Assembly (NCBI GenBank): GCA_964016885.1
Contig: OZ024744.1
Coordinates: forward strand, 35,154,001-35,218,000
From: Eledone cirrhosa
Lineage: Eukaryota
Length of the DNA: 64,000 nt
Reading direction: 5' to 3'
The notes beneath the pieces are model-generated. The model saw only the letters and a program-made list of their open reading frames with translations, ran no database searches and was not told the DNA's origin. This document shows positions 13,800 to 26,453 of this stretch, piece by piece (positions within the stretch are counted from its first letter, which is position 1; every line of letters starts with the position of its first letter). Both the position numbers and the translations under genes were made by a program.

Positions 13800-13877
13800 C
13801 AGGGTGCCCTCGAAAATATATACACAAATGTATGCATTCTAATAAATATTATGTATACATTTTTTCGGGACACTCTG
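13800..13877. mobile_element. Tiny Tc1/mariner-type MITE
   Basis: CAGGGTGCCCTCGAAAA...TTTTCGGGACACTCTG terminal inverted repeats followed by TA; same CAGGGTG terminus as the maT element at 32300. Confidence 0.55.
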
Positions 13878-13959
13878 TATAGGTAAGGATTAATACAATA
13901 TTCAAATTAGGTAGTACAGATGTATTTATTTTCTTTCTTGATTTTTTTTGAAAATGTTA

Positions 13960-15582
13960 TCATCATCATCATCATCAGCGTTTTACATCCGTTCTTCCAC
14001 GCTAGCATGGGTTAGACGGGTTGTCCTGTTGTGTGCAGTGTCTGGTTGGCTGACCATGCCTTGCTCATACAGGAACTGATTTGGCTTGATTTCTACAGCT
14101 GGATGCCCTTCCTAACACCAACCTCATTTACAGTGAGTGCTGGGTGCTTTTTCGTGGCGCCTACACGTCCACTTTACAGTGTGGGCTGGGTGCTTTTTCG
14201 TGGCGCCTACACGTCCACTTTACAGTGTGGGCTGGGTGCTTTTTTGCCGTGGCACCTCCACGACCACCTTGGAGTGGGAGGGTGTGGGGGCATATTGTCT
14301 ATATGCTTCAGCTTGTAGCCATGGGAGGTCGGGTACTCTGTATTACTGCGTGACGCCAGAGGTCACGGTCGTGTGTCATCGCCTTTGAGAGGTGTAATTG
14401 GGTAAGGTCGGCTTTTATCACATCATCCCAGGTCATCTTGGGTCTCCCCACTCCGCGGTTTCCATCGACTTCTAGTGCTCTGCACCTTTTTATGCAGCTG
14501 TCATCCTTCATACGCATCACATGTCCATACTAACGCATCCGCCTCTCCTGCACACAGCATTTGATTCCTCTTATGCTCACTCTCTCTCTCAATTCATTTA
14601 TGCTTTGTCGTTCGCGTATATTACTGTTACACATCCATCGGAGCATGCAGGCTTCGTTTCTCTCTAATCTACGTAAGTCTTCCACCTTCAGCGCCCAGGT
14701 CTCACTACCATGTAACATTGCTGTTCGGATACACGCATCATACAGTCTGCATTTCATTTTGAGGGAGAAGCCTTTTGCAGCTAGCAGTGGCAGTTGTTCC
14801 CTGAACTTCTTCCATCCCGTTCTTACCCTAGTTATTGTACTTTCTGAACACCCACCTCTGCTGCTAATTCGGTCACCTAGGTAGCAGAAGCTGTCTACTG
14901 TCTCTACAGAGCCCTCCCAGAGATTGGTGGTACTTGTTTCCTGTGGCTGTTTGCTGCTTGCTGTCCCAGTACAGCTGCTGCATGTGAAGCCTACATTCTT
15001 AATTAAGCTTCCTGAGATCCCACTACATCTCTTGTGTACCCATTGTTTGCATTTGGGGCAGAGAATGGAGTTCCTACCTACACCTTTCCTATATACTGAG
15101 CAAGGCCATTTCCCTGAAGGGATCTGGGTTCTGTTTTCTCGTCTACTTACCTTAGTCTACTTACCTTAGTCTTTGTTATGTTGACTTTGAGACCCTTTCT
15201 TTCTAGTCCCTGCTTCCAAGTTTGGAATTTCTTCTCTAGTTCTACCATAGATTCAGCTATAAGTGCGAGGTCATCAGCGTACAGGAGTTCCCATGGGCAT
15301 CCGGTCTTAAACTCCTCCGTTATTGCTTGCAGGACTATGCTGAACAGGAGAGGGCTAAGAACAGAGCCCTGGTGGACACCAACCTGTACGCTAAATTCCT
15401 CGCTATACTCATTGCTAATCCTAACTTTTTGACTGCTCCCCTATACATGGCTTGTACAGCTTTCACAAGCCATTCATCTACTCCTAGTTTTCTAAGAGCC
15501 CACCAGATTACAGCACGTGGAACTCTGTCAAAGGCTTTCTCGAGATCGACGAATACCAGGTAGAGTGGCTTACTTTTAGCTA
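13960..15582 (-). mobile_element. RTE LINE, 5'-truncated (RT C-half, Cys-rich insert, 3' UTR, (TGA)n tail), in 7B2 intron 1
   Basis: FVDLEKAFDRV, GVHQGSVLSPLLF, ELLYADDL, GKWPCS.C.KGVG.NSI.C..C, LHGSETW, GRPK.TW; near-identical to 38148-39330. Confidence 0.92.
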
Positions 15583-15687
15583 GATTTATTAATATATTGT
15601 GTATTTATTCCACTAACATGTTGAGTGCTTTATATCAGTTATAACATTTTTAAGCTTGTTGAATCCCAACAAATTAAATATAACCTC

Positions 15688-15750
<63 letters not shown>

Positions 15751-17029
15751 TGGGTGTATTTGTATTTAGAGTGTTTGAAGACATCTATAACTGACTATAT
15801 GTCACTGCATTGAGTTTGTTGTCAGAGTTGGTGATATGTCACTAGACACATATGTGGTGGGGGAGATCAATAAGTAGATAGGGATAGAAACAATTCTGCT
15901 GGAGTATAGGATTAACAGATACTTTATTGTTCTCACGAGGACCCTTTACCAATGCCCTTCTAGTACTTCATCATCATCATCATTATCATCATCATCATTT
16001 AATGTCCATTTTCCATGCTAGCATAGGTTAGACGGGCTGTCCCATTTGGGTCAAGTCAGGTCAGGTAACTATCTTGCTCACACAGGACTGTTTCTGGCTA
16101 GGTTTCTATGGCTGGATGCCCTTCCTAACGCCAACCACATGTGTATGGATAAACGGTGCTAAGTCAAAATCTGTTCATAATCTTCATGAATATGACTGAC
16201 ATGTGCAGCAAGGGGCTGAAGGAGGTGCCCCCCCCCCCCACTCCCTCGGATGGCTGGTCTCATTTGGGGAAGGGGGGAGTCTAGCTGGATCATTTGGAGA
16301 CTGTTGTTTCTCTTTGATAGGACCCCCCAGGAAGGCGTGTCTGAGAACTCTGCACTCACACCTCCCCCTCTCTCTCTCTCACTCTCCAGAATAAGTAGGT
16401 GAAGACGGAGGAGGAGGAGAAGGAAGAGAAGGAGGAGGAGAAGAAGAAGAAGGAGGTTGAAAAGAAGCAGTTTTCAACATATGCAATACAGGTTTCATTT
16501 TTGTTTGTTTTTTATCTAATGGGTGTAGTTCCATTTAGTGTGTTGAAAGCTCTTTAACTACAAACTGTTGTTCAAACCTAGTACGGATTTAATGTTTTTA
16601 TATCTGGGAACATTGGAATAACAGCTTTCACATATACACTGCTATTGCTTTCCTTAGTGTCACTCAACTGTGAACACATAAGATTTTCTTTCTTTCATTT
16701 TTTAAAAAAATTATTTCTTTCAATCATTCTATCTTGATTTTATTTATTTATTTATTTATTTATATTTCAGTACAGAATACAAGATAGATTAGAACAGGTA
16801 GAAATATACAGTCAAGGTCAATAATAATAAATAGAATAACTTTGCCATGGATGATAATTTTATTTTATATATTTAGGTAAGGTGAAATGATGGGTGAGGT
16901 GGGGTGGGGCAGTGTTGATTGTGTGTGTGAAAGAAGGTGGGGTGGAGTAATGAATTATGAGTTAATTGGTGAAAGTTGATTGGACTTTATTATATATATT
17001 ATTCTATATATACACAAACACACCTATAT

Positions 17030-18345
17030 CATCATCATCATCATCATCATCATTCTACGTCCATTCTTCCACGCTAGCATGAGTTAGATGGGTTGTCAGG
17101 TTATGTGACCATGTCTTGCTTATAAAGAACTGATTTTGGCTTGATTTCTACAGCTGGATGTTCTTCCTAACACCAACCTCATTTACAGTGTGTACTGGGT
17201 GCTTTTTTACTGTGGTGCCTACATAACGACTTTAAAGTGTGAACTGGATGTTTTTTGTCATGACACCTCCATGACCACTTTATAGTGTGGACTGGATGTT
17301 TTTTGTCGTGACACCTCCATGATCACATTACAGTGTAGACTGGATGCTTTTTGTCGTGACACCTCCACGACCACTTTACAGTGTGGACTGGATGCTTTTT
17401 GTCGTGACACCTCCATGACCACTTTACAGTGTGGACTGGATGCTTTTTGTCGTGACACCTCCACGACCACTTTACAGTGTGGACTGGATGCTTTTTGTCG
17501 TGACACCTCCACGACCACTTTACAGTGTGGACTGGATGCTTTTTGTCGTGACACCTCCACGACCACTTACAGTGTGGACTGGATGCTTTTTTGTCATGAC
17601 ACCTCCACGACCACTTTATAGTGTGGATGCTTTTTTGTCATGACACCTCCACGACCACTTTATAGTGTGGACTGGATGCTTTTTTGTCATGACACCTCCA
17701 CGACCACTTTATAGTGTGGACTGGATGCTTTTTTGTCATGACACCTCCACGACCACTTTACATTGTGGTTTGGATGCTTTTTTGTCATGACACCTCCACG
17801 ACCACTTTACAGTGTGGACTGGATGCTTTTTTGTCATGACACCTCCATGACCACTTTACAGTGTGGATTGGGTGCTTTTTGTCGTGACACCTCCATGACC
17901 ACTTTACAGTGTGGACTGGATGCTTTTTTGTCATGACACCTCCACGACCACTTTATAGTGTGGACTGGATGCTTTTTTGTCATGACACCTCCACGACCAC
18001 TTTATAGTGTGGACTGGATGCTTTTTTGTCATGACACCTCCATGACCACTTTACATTGTGGTTTGGATGCTTTTTTGTCATGACACCTCCACGACCACTT
18101 TACAGTGTGGACTGGATGCTTTTTGTCGTGACACCTCCACGACCACTTTATAGTGTGGACTGGATGCTTTTTGTTGTGACACCTCCATGACCACTTTACA
18201 GTGTGGACTGGATGCTTTTTGTTGTGACACCTACACAACCTCATTACAGTGTGGACTGGGTGCTTTTTGTTGTCACATCTCCAGGACCACTTTGCAGTGG
18301 GAGGGGGTGGGGGCATATTGTCTATATGCTTCAGTTTCGGCTTGT
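17030..18345 (-). repeat. RTE 3'-UTR segment whose internal 48-49 bp unit is expanded to a minisatellite of about 23 copies (~17190-18300)
   Basis: Unit GGACTGGATGCTTTTTGTCGTGACACCTCCACGACCACTTTACAGTGT repeated head-to-tail without spacers; flanks match the RTE tail at 13960-14310. Confidence 0.9.
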
Positions 18346-19254
18346 ATGTATATATTTGCATTTTTTATTTAGATAATTTTTTTTTGTTTAGATAAATTAT
18401 GTATCAGTTGTATTAGAGCCTCCAGTTTTTGTTGTTATTGTTGTTATTGCTTATAGCCATAGGCAAGTCTGAATTAACAAAATCTATAATCAAATAGTGT
18501 AGGGTAAAACATCTTTTAGTGTTTATTCTGATTCTAATATATTCATATTTAAATTAAAAAAACAACCATTGTAATTTTATATAAGAACCTTTTTATTTAA
18601 TAATACAAATATCAATTTTTAAAATTTTTTGTCTCTCTTTTATGTGTTTATATTTGTGTTTATCAACAACATTATTGACTTTACCTTTCATCCTTACGGG
18701 GTCGATAAAATAAAGTACCAGTAATCTACTGGATAATTGCTGGCCTTGTGCCTAAAGTAGAAACAATTATATTTGTAATGTTATTCTGAACAAATTGTGA
18801 GCAATTTATAATGTTATTTCCACATTTGTAATGTTATACAGTTGTGAACTACATAAAATTTAACTTTTTCATTTACCCTATTTCTAATGAAAGACCCTAC
18901 CTATTATTTTGAAAATAATCAAGAATTTGCATGATTTTAGTATAATAATTAACTTCGACATTAAATTATAATCAACATTTTAAAGATAAATATAAACATT
19001 TCAAAACAAACAGTTTTGTATCCTAGAACCAAGGGTGGTTTTAGGCGTCTTGGTATCAAAAGGATTAAGCTGGTGTTTGGAACATAACTTAATGAAGGTT
19101 CTAACATAAAATTATGATAGAAGGTTTTTAGATAAATATAAAAACTTTAAAAAAACATTTTTGTATCATAGAACCAGGAAGAGTTTCAGGTAGTTTGATG
19201 CCAAAAGAGTTATTTGGTGAAAGTTGATGGGAATATCTTTTTTTTTTTATTTAC

Positions 19255-19770
19255 TATGATGGACATATGGTTTGGATGTCTCAGGAAAGAATCTCTGAAT
19301 TGAGAGATCACAGCTCCGATTCTATGGACATATGGTTTGGATGTCTCAGGAAAGAATCTCTGAATTGAGAGATCACAGCTCCGATTCTATGGACATATGG
19401 TTTGGATGTCTCAGGAAAGAATCTCTGAATTGAGAGATCACAGCTCCGATTCTATGGACATATGGTTTGGATGTCTCAGGAAAGAATCTCTGAATTGAGA
19501 GATCACAGCTCCGATTCTATGGACATATGGTTAGAATGCCTCAGGAAAAAATCGCTGGACATATTTTACGGGCAAAACCAATTGGCAGGAAACCCAAGGA
19601 CAGACCATGAGCAAGATGGTTGGATAACATCCATGAGCTTGGCTGGTCTCGCTTGGAGATCCAGTCGGATCAGTTGGAGATTGTTGCTTCTGACAGGACC
19701 CACTGGAAGGAGTGTTTGAGGACTCTGCCCCTACAACCCTCTCAGGAATAAGTGGGCAAAGAAGAAGAAG
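19255..19770 (+). repeat. Four tandem 65-bp units fused to an RTE 3' end
   Basis: GGACATATGG starts at 19261, 19326, 19391, 19456 and 19521, then continues into sequence homologous to 8190-8430. Confidence 0.9.
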
Positions 19771-20166
19771 TAGAAGAGAAGAAGATATATCAGTTGTTTA
19801 TATTCACTAGTTTTTGTTGTTGTTACTATTGTTATTGATTATAGCCGTAGGTTAACCTTGGGTGAGCAAGGCCAATATAAATTGCCTTGTGGTATTTGTT
19901 TAGGCTCTAAAGTGTTTGTATTTAATTTAAAAAAAAATTTCTATTGAAATTTTATGTAAGAAACTTACATTTCGTTATGTTCCAAATATCCAGGGTCGAT
20001 GAAATAAAGTACTAGTCATGCACTGGGGGGTCAATTTAATTGACTTTCTCCTCCACCAAAATTGTCGGCCTTGTACCTAAATCAGAAACCACTGTATTCA
20101 GAATTAATTGAAGCATGTGGATAATTTAAAATTTCTAACTGTTTGTGTTTATCTTATTTAACACAG

Positions 20167-20292
20167 GAGGCTCTGGAGAACAACATTTGACACCCCAAGG
20201 AAAGCAAAAGACTACTAAACAAGAAATAAAATCTGATAAGGATTTACCAGCTTACTGTAATCCACCTAACCCTTGCCCAAAAGGATACACAG
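20167..20292 (+). CDS. SCG5: 7B2 coding exon 2 (proline-rich PC2-activation motif)
   Basis: ACAG| acceptor; GGSGEQHLTPQGKQKTTKQEIKSDKDLPAYCNPPNPCPKGYT; donor CAG|GTAAGT; 126 nt, phase 1-1, in frame with exon 1. Confidence 0.95.
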
Positions 20293-20799
20293 GTAAGTAA
20301 ATCCTTTACCTTCAATAATAATGACATTGTCATCATCATCGTTATCATCATTGTTGTTGTCATCATTATCATAATCACCACGATCACCATAATTACTGTC
20401 ATCTTTACAATTATGATAATGATAATGATCATCATCATCACCATCACTATAATAAACATCATATCATTCTCTTGTTTGTTATAGTAGTATTTTATGGTCT
20501 TCAGCATTGCTAATGTTGTCGCTGTTGGTATCAATATTATCATTATAGGGTGGTAGATTAGCAGAATCAATAGAGTGTTGGACACCATGATTTGCAGCAT
20601 ACATTCCGAATTCAAATCCCGCCGAGGTTAGCTTTGCCTTTCATCCTTACGGGGTCGATAAAATAAAGCACCAGTAATGCACTGGGGTCAGTTTCATTGA
20701 TTTTCCCCTCCTCAAAATTGGAGTTAGTTAACCTTATGATGGATTGATTTCCTATCCAGAGAAGAAGAGAGTGTATGTCTTGTAAACTCAGATGCTTAA

Positions 20800-21608
20800 C
20801 ACCACATGAATGAAAAGCAGGCTGTATGATGCATGCATACGAACGGCAATGTTGCATGGTAGTGAGACCTGGGTGCTGTGAGCAGAAGACTTGCATAGAT
20901 TGGAAAGAAATAAAGCTTGCATGCTCCGATGGATGTGTAATAATAATATACTAGAACAGCAAAGTATATATGATCTGAAAGAGAAACTAGGCATAAGAGG
21001 AATCAACTGCTGTGTGCAGGAGAGGAGGTTGTGTTGGTATGAACATGTGATACATATAAAGAATGATAGCTGCATAAAAAGGTGCAGAGCAGTAAAAGTC
21101 GATGGGAGCCTTAGAATGGGGAGACCCAGGAAGGCTTGGGATAAGGTGATAAAAGCTGACCTTGCCCAATTGCATCTCTCAAAGGTGATGACACAGGACA
21201 GATCTCTGGCGTTATGCAGTAATACAGAAGGCCTGACATCCTACAGGCACAGGCTGAAGCTGAAGCATATAGACAGTATGCCCCACCCCACCCTCCCATA
21301 CATCTCCACGAGGACAGGCCAAAGTATATGCATCCAGTGAAGCCTGAGCCCACACGGTAAAGTGGTCATGTATGTGACATGGCAAAAAGTGCCCAGCCCA
21401 CACTGTAATGTGATTGTGTAGGTGTCACAACAAAAAGCACCCAGCACTCACTGTAAATGAGGTTGGTGTTAGGAAGGGCATCCAGCTGTAGAAACTAAGC
21501 CAAAACTAGTTCTGTATGAGCAGGACATGGACACCTGACCTAGCATTGCCCACAACAGGACAACCCGTCTAACCCATTCGAACATGGAAGAATGGATGTA
21601 AAACAGTG
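20800..21608 (+). mobile_element. RTE LINE 3' fragment in 7B2 intron 2
   Basis: RLYDAC.RTAMLHGSETW, MLRWMCN, ERRLCWY.HV, GRPRKAW plus the shared 3' UTR. Confidence 0.85.
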
Positions 21609-22692
21609 ATCCAGTCCACACAGCTGGCAAAAATGTGTTGTACCTGTAATTCACAGGGCCAGTCTTGTCACACACTGTGTCCTGTCACAGTGAATGTCCC
21701 TGGGAACTATATTAAAGGTACACATATCTATAGAATGCTCAGCCACTTGCACATTAATTTCATGAGCAGGCTGTTCTGTTGGTTGAATTCCTGGGCACTC
21801 ATCGACTGAATTGATGGAGGTCTGACGACTAAGATACAACATGTCAGTATCCATAGTAATCAAGGCGTGCTCAGTGTATTTTGTTGTTTTTATCACCCTA
21901 TCAAATCACACCTTACCATACATCCATAACTTCATTTTTATCTCCCTTTTCCTCTCCTCCCTCAACCCTACAGAACAGAGATGACTCTTCTGTTGGAACT
22001 ATAACTAACAACCTCTCTAGTGTGCCACAAAAATGCACCCAGTACATGCTGTAACCAAAAGGGTTAAGAGGACTCTTCAATTTGCATCAATGGCATGAAA
22101 ATCTCTCTCATGTTGGTGATCTATGCAATAAACACACCCAGTACATATTGTAAAGTTGTTGGTGATAGAAAGGGCATCCAGCTATAGAAATCTTGCCAAA
22201 GAAAAAGAGTTGGGAGGACCCTTCAGTTGTGTCAAAACATAACAATCTCCCCAGTGCCTGTGTCATGATAAAATGCACACTGTAGAGTCTGTGACCATAT
22301 GTAAGCAAGAATGTGAGCTCCATTCCTGATGGGAATGTCAGTAGATCCGCTTAGTACTGACAAAGTCTGTTTAGACCCATCGACCCATTGCTAGCTGATG
22401 TTAAATAATGATGATGATGATGATGACTTTATTATGGCTAAGTAATGAGTCTTGTTACTCAGGAGATTCACCTGTGCATTCACAGAATCATCAGACAACA
22501 TTGTGAGTACACAGATGAAACTTCAGAGTAACGACACTCATCACAGACATAAAGAATATCTAAACTCTAATTCAGTATTGAGTACTTATTCTCATGGCTT
22601 CACAACATCACATGGATATATATATTGATTGAGACTTACCAGTTTAGACCATTATTTACCCGACATCAAAACGTCTCTCTCTCTCTCTCTCA

Positions 22693-22732
<40 letters not shown>

Positions 22733-22837
22733 CATCATCATCATTATCACTTTACATCCATTGTTTCATGCAGCGAGTAAGTTTAAAAATTGATAGAAAT
22801 GAAGAAAATTTCAAACACAGTAGAATAGCTATGGAAA

Positions 22838-23014
22838 TAGCTTTAGAAAATCAGATAAAATATCTCTACAGATGGAAAAAGTGGCACTCTGTATCACTTA
22901 ATGGCACAGAGCGCACAGCTGGAATTTGAAAGATACTGAGTTGGATTCTCTGTTGTGGTTGCTGGTCACTTTTTCCATCTGTTGGGGTAATTTTATCCAA
23001 TTTTCTAAAACTAT
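22838..23014 (+). mobile_element. tRNA-like sequence enclosed by ~50-bp inverted repeats
   Basis: atagctttagaaaatcagataaaat..acagatggaaaaagtggc versus gtcactttttccatctgt..attttatccaattttctaaaactat; centre has degenerate A box (cttaatgg) and B box (gagttggattc). Confidence 0.5.
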
Positions 23015-23884
23015 TATACTGCATTCATCTCTCTCTCACCTCCACTCACTCACATAACTCATCATCATCATTGTTTGACATCCATTTTTACATGCTAGCA
23101 TGGGTTAGATGGTTTGTCCCATGAGAGACAAGTCAGGTCAGATGACTGTCTCTTACTCATATAGAACTGTTTCTGTCTAGGTTTCTACAGCTGGATGCCC
23201 TTCTTAATGCCAACCACATTTACAGTGTGTGCTGGGTGCTTTTTGTCGTAACACCTAAACAACCACTTTATAGTGTGGATATATATTTATATATTCAACA
23301 ATATTTTAGTTAGGCAGAGAAATGCAGTACTCATGAACCTTGTTATGGAACCTCTGAGACTGTTGGGAAGGAAGGTATTCCCAAACTTGAGACCTGGTTC
23401 AAATGCTTGCAATTGAGTGGACTCTGTTATAGCTACCTAACAACCAGGTAGTAGGGTTAAACTGTGTGATGGATTAAGTCTACTACATAATTCTGATAGT
23501 ATATGATCAAATTATCTGGTAGAGTTTAATGTAGAAACAGACAAAATGGACTTAATTAATTAATTCCGACCTAACCCAATCCTAAGTGATAATTCTGGTA
23601 CCATGACAAAAAGCACCCAGTCCACTCTGTAAGTGGTAGGGTTGGTGTCACAAAAGAAAGCACCCAGTCCACCTTGTATGATGGTAGTGTTGTTGCCATG
23701 AAAAATGCTCCCAGTCTACTATGTAAGGTGGTTGGCATTAGGAAGTGCATCCACATAGCAAACCAAGCCAAAAAAATGGAATTTAGGAACAAGACATCAT
23801 CATCATCATTATCATTGTTTAACGTCTATCTTCCATGCTAGCATGGGTTAGACGGGTTTGTCCCATTTAGAGGCAAGTTGGGTT

Positions 23885-24640
23885 GGGTGACCATGTATCG
23901 CTCATATAGGACTGTTTCTGGCTGGTTTTCTATGGCTGGATGCCCTTCCTAGCACTAACCACATTTACAGTGTGGGCTGGGTGACCATGTATCACTCATA
24001 TAGGACTGTTTCTGGCTGGTTTTCTATGGCTGGATGCCCTTCCTAGCACTAACCACATTTACAGTGTGGGTTGGGTGACCATGTATCGCTAATATAGGAC
24101 TGTTTCTGGCTGGTTTTCTATGGCTGGATGCCCTTCCTAGCACTAACCACATTTACAGTGTGGGCTGGGTGACCATGTATCACTCATATAGGACTGTTTC
24201 TGGCTGGTTTTCTATGGCTGGATGCCCTTCCTAGCACTAACCACATTTACAGTGTGGGCTGGGTGACCATGTATCGCTCATATAGGACTGTTTCTGGCTG
24301 GTTTTCTATGGCTGGATGCCCTTCCTAGCACTAACCACATTTACAGTGTGGGTTGGGTGACCATGTATCACTCATATAGGACTGTTTCTGGCTGGTTTTC
24401 TATGGCTGGATGCCCTTCCTAGCACTAACCACATTTACAGTGTGGGTTGGGTGACCATGTATCGCTAATATAGGACTGTTTCTGGCTGGTTTTCTATGGC
24501 TGGATGCCCTTCCTAGCACTAACCACATTTACAGTGTGGGCTGGGTGACCATGTATCACTCATATAGGACTGTTTCTGGCTGGTTTTCTATGGCTGGATG
24601 CCCTTCCTAGCACTAACCACATTTACAGTGTGGGCTGGGT
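23885..24640. repeat. Eight tandem 94-bp units derived from an RTE/SINE tail
   Basis: GGGTGACCAT starts at 23885, 23979, 24073, 24167, 24261, 24355, 24449 and 24543. Confidence 0.95.
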
Positions 24641-25413
24641 GCTTTTTGTATGTATATATATATATATATATATACATAACATGTCATATATATATATAAT
24701 CTATGCTGGCATGGAAAAAAGATATTAAACAGTGATGATGATCAAGATGATGATCAAGATGATGATAATGATGATGATGATGTTCTTTTTTTGGGGGGGC
24801 GGGGCATAATTGGCAACATAGCTCTAAAGCTTAGATTTCATTATCAACATCATCATCATTTTACGTCTGCTGTTCCATGTTTACATGGGAGCTTTGCTAG
24901 TGAAGGCACTAACATTTGGTGCTAAATGTTAAGAAATCAATATTTTGGTACATGGAAAATATTTTTATCACTTTGTTCACAGCAACAAATATATGGCACA
25001 TTAAACAAGTAAGTATCTGTAGCCTCAGGTTGACAAAAAGTTTTGTTAGTGAAATTTGATGGATGGAACATATTTTGAAGCCTGTTAGTGGTTGTACTTT
25101 TGTTTTAGAATAGCAAGCATAATCCATTCAACTGGTCCTTAAGTATCTTTAGCAGAGTCCACTTTATTGCAAGTATTTCAATTGAAGATGACTCATTTTT
25201 AAAAAATCCTATTTGTCCTGGGGGCACTAGTCACTGCTTTAGAGATAACTCCTTTTTTCTTTTAGTCCCATTTGTCATGGAAGTCCTGAAAATGGATCAT
25301 GGGAATTGCCCTTTTTTTTTCTAATTAGGACATTTAAAAAAATGCATATAAACCATTTCTTCATTTTTTAATTGTATTTTTTTGCTTTCAATTCAAACCG
25401 GTTTATTGTTCAG

Positions 25414-25616
25414 AGAGAGATGGATGTTTGGAGAAATTTGAAAATTCTGCTAATAACAACCGAAAATATCAAGAATCTCAGAATTGTCCCTGTGATGCTG
25501 ATCACATGTTCACCTGCCCTGCTGGCAGTAAAGTGATCAATACAAAAAGTCGAAAAGCAACTGCCAGTATTGGATCTGGTGTTGCACATGCTTTGGGTGA
25601 TCAAGAAAGCAATGAG
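25414..25616 (+). CDS. SCG5: 7B2 coding exon 3
   Basis: TTCAG| acceptor; ERDGCLEKFENSANNNRKYQESQNCPCDADHMFTCP (7B2 consensus GC.E.F.N.A...R.YQ..Q.C.CD.EHMF.CP); donor GAG|GTAAGT, phase 0. Confidence 0.95.
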
Positions 25617-25626
25617 GTAAGTTTAA

Positions 25627-26312
25627 CCCTTTAGTATTTAAACTGGCCATATCAGGCCAAAAAACTCTCACCTTTTTCTGTTCAAACCGGCCATAACTGG
25701 CTGCTCATATTGATGTTAGGGTATTGTTCTCAAAATAAATAATATCAAAATCTCGTAGATTTGATATTATATGAGATAAAGCCTTTACCGTGAAAATATA
25801 ATAGTATATATAGAGTAATGTAAATGCTAAACTAAGTTTGAAGCTTGTCATGGAGCTTGCAAGGTTAACTCCTGCTTACAATTTTAATGAAAGGTACTGC
25901 TTACAATTTTCAAATAATATTGATTTAGTAATTTAATTAACTTTCACATTATTAAGTTGGTGTTTGGAACATAACTTAACAAATGTTCTGACATAGAATT
26001 ATGGTGGAAGGTTTTTAGATAAATGTAAATATTTAAAAACAAACAATTTTGTATCTTAACCCTTTAGTATTTAAACCAACCATATCTGGCCAGAATTCTC
26101 TCATTTCTTTCTGTTTAAACTGGCTGTACCCAGCCACTCATACTGATGTTAAGGTATTATTTTCAAAATAAATAACATCAAAATCTCATAGGTTCGGTAT
26201 TATGTGAGATAAAGCCTTTACCATGAAAATACAATAGTATATATAGAGTAATGTAAATATTAAAGGGTTAAACCGAGGAGTGGTTTCACATGGATCAGTA
26301 TTAAAAGGTTAA
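25627..26312. mobile_element. Nested piggyBac-type MITEs filling 7B2 intron 3
   Basis: Inner element 26060-26267 is TTAA-CCCTTTAGTATTTA...TAAATATTAAAGGG-TTAA. Outer element starts TTAA-CCCTTTAG at 25627; its right part matches 19066-19210. Confidence 0.75.
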
Positions 26313-26399
26313 AATGGTGAGTTGTTGTGTACATAGAATACATTCTACAATATTCCAAACATTCTTTCAAGAAGTTTATTTTCTATTGGCAAATTTCAG

Positions 26400-26453
26400 A
26401 AACGTCAGTCAGTAGTTGCGAAGAAATCTCCTTTACCACTTAGTCCTTACCAG
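26400..26453 (+). CDS. SCG5: 7B2 coding exon 4 (first C-terminal inhibitor motif VVAKK)
   Basis: TTTCAG| acceptor; KRQSVVAKKSPLPLSPYQ; donor CAG|GTAATT; 54 nt, phase 0-0. Confidence 0.92.

Noticed and set aside
17190-18300. CRISPR-like array or repetitive Cys-rich protein ORFs
   Set aside because: Units are contiguous with no unique spacers, there are no cas genes and the context is eukaryotic. The ORFs result from the 48-bp period.
23885-24640. CRISPR array
   Set aside because: Head-to-tail 94-bp repeats without spacers, derived from a retroelement tail
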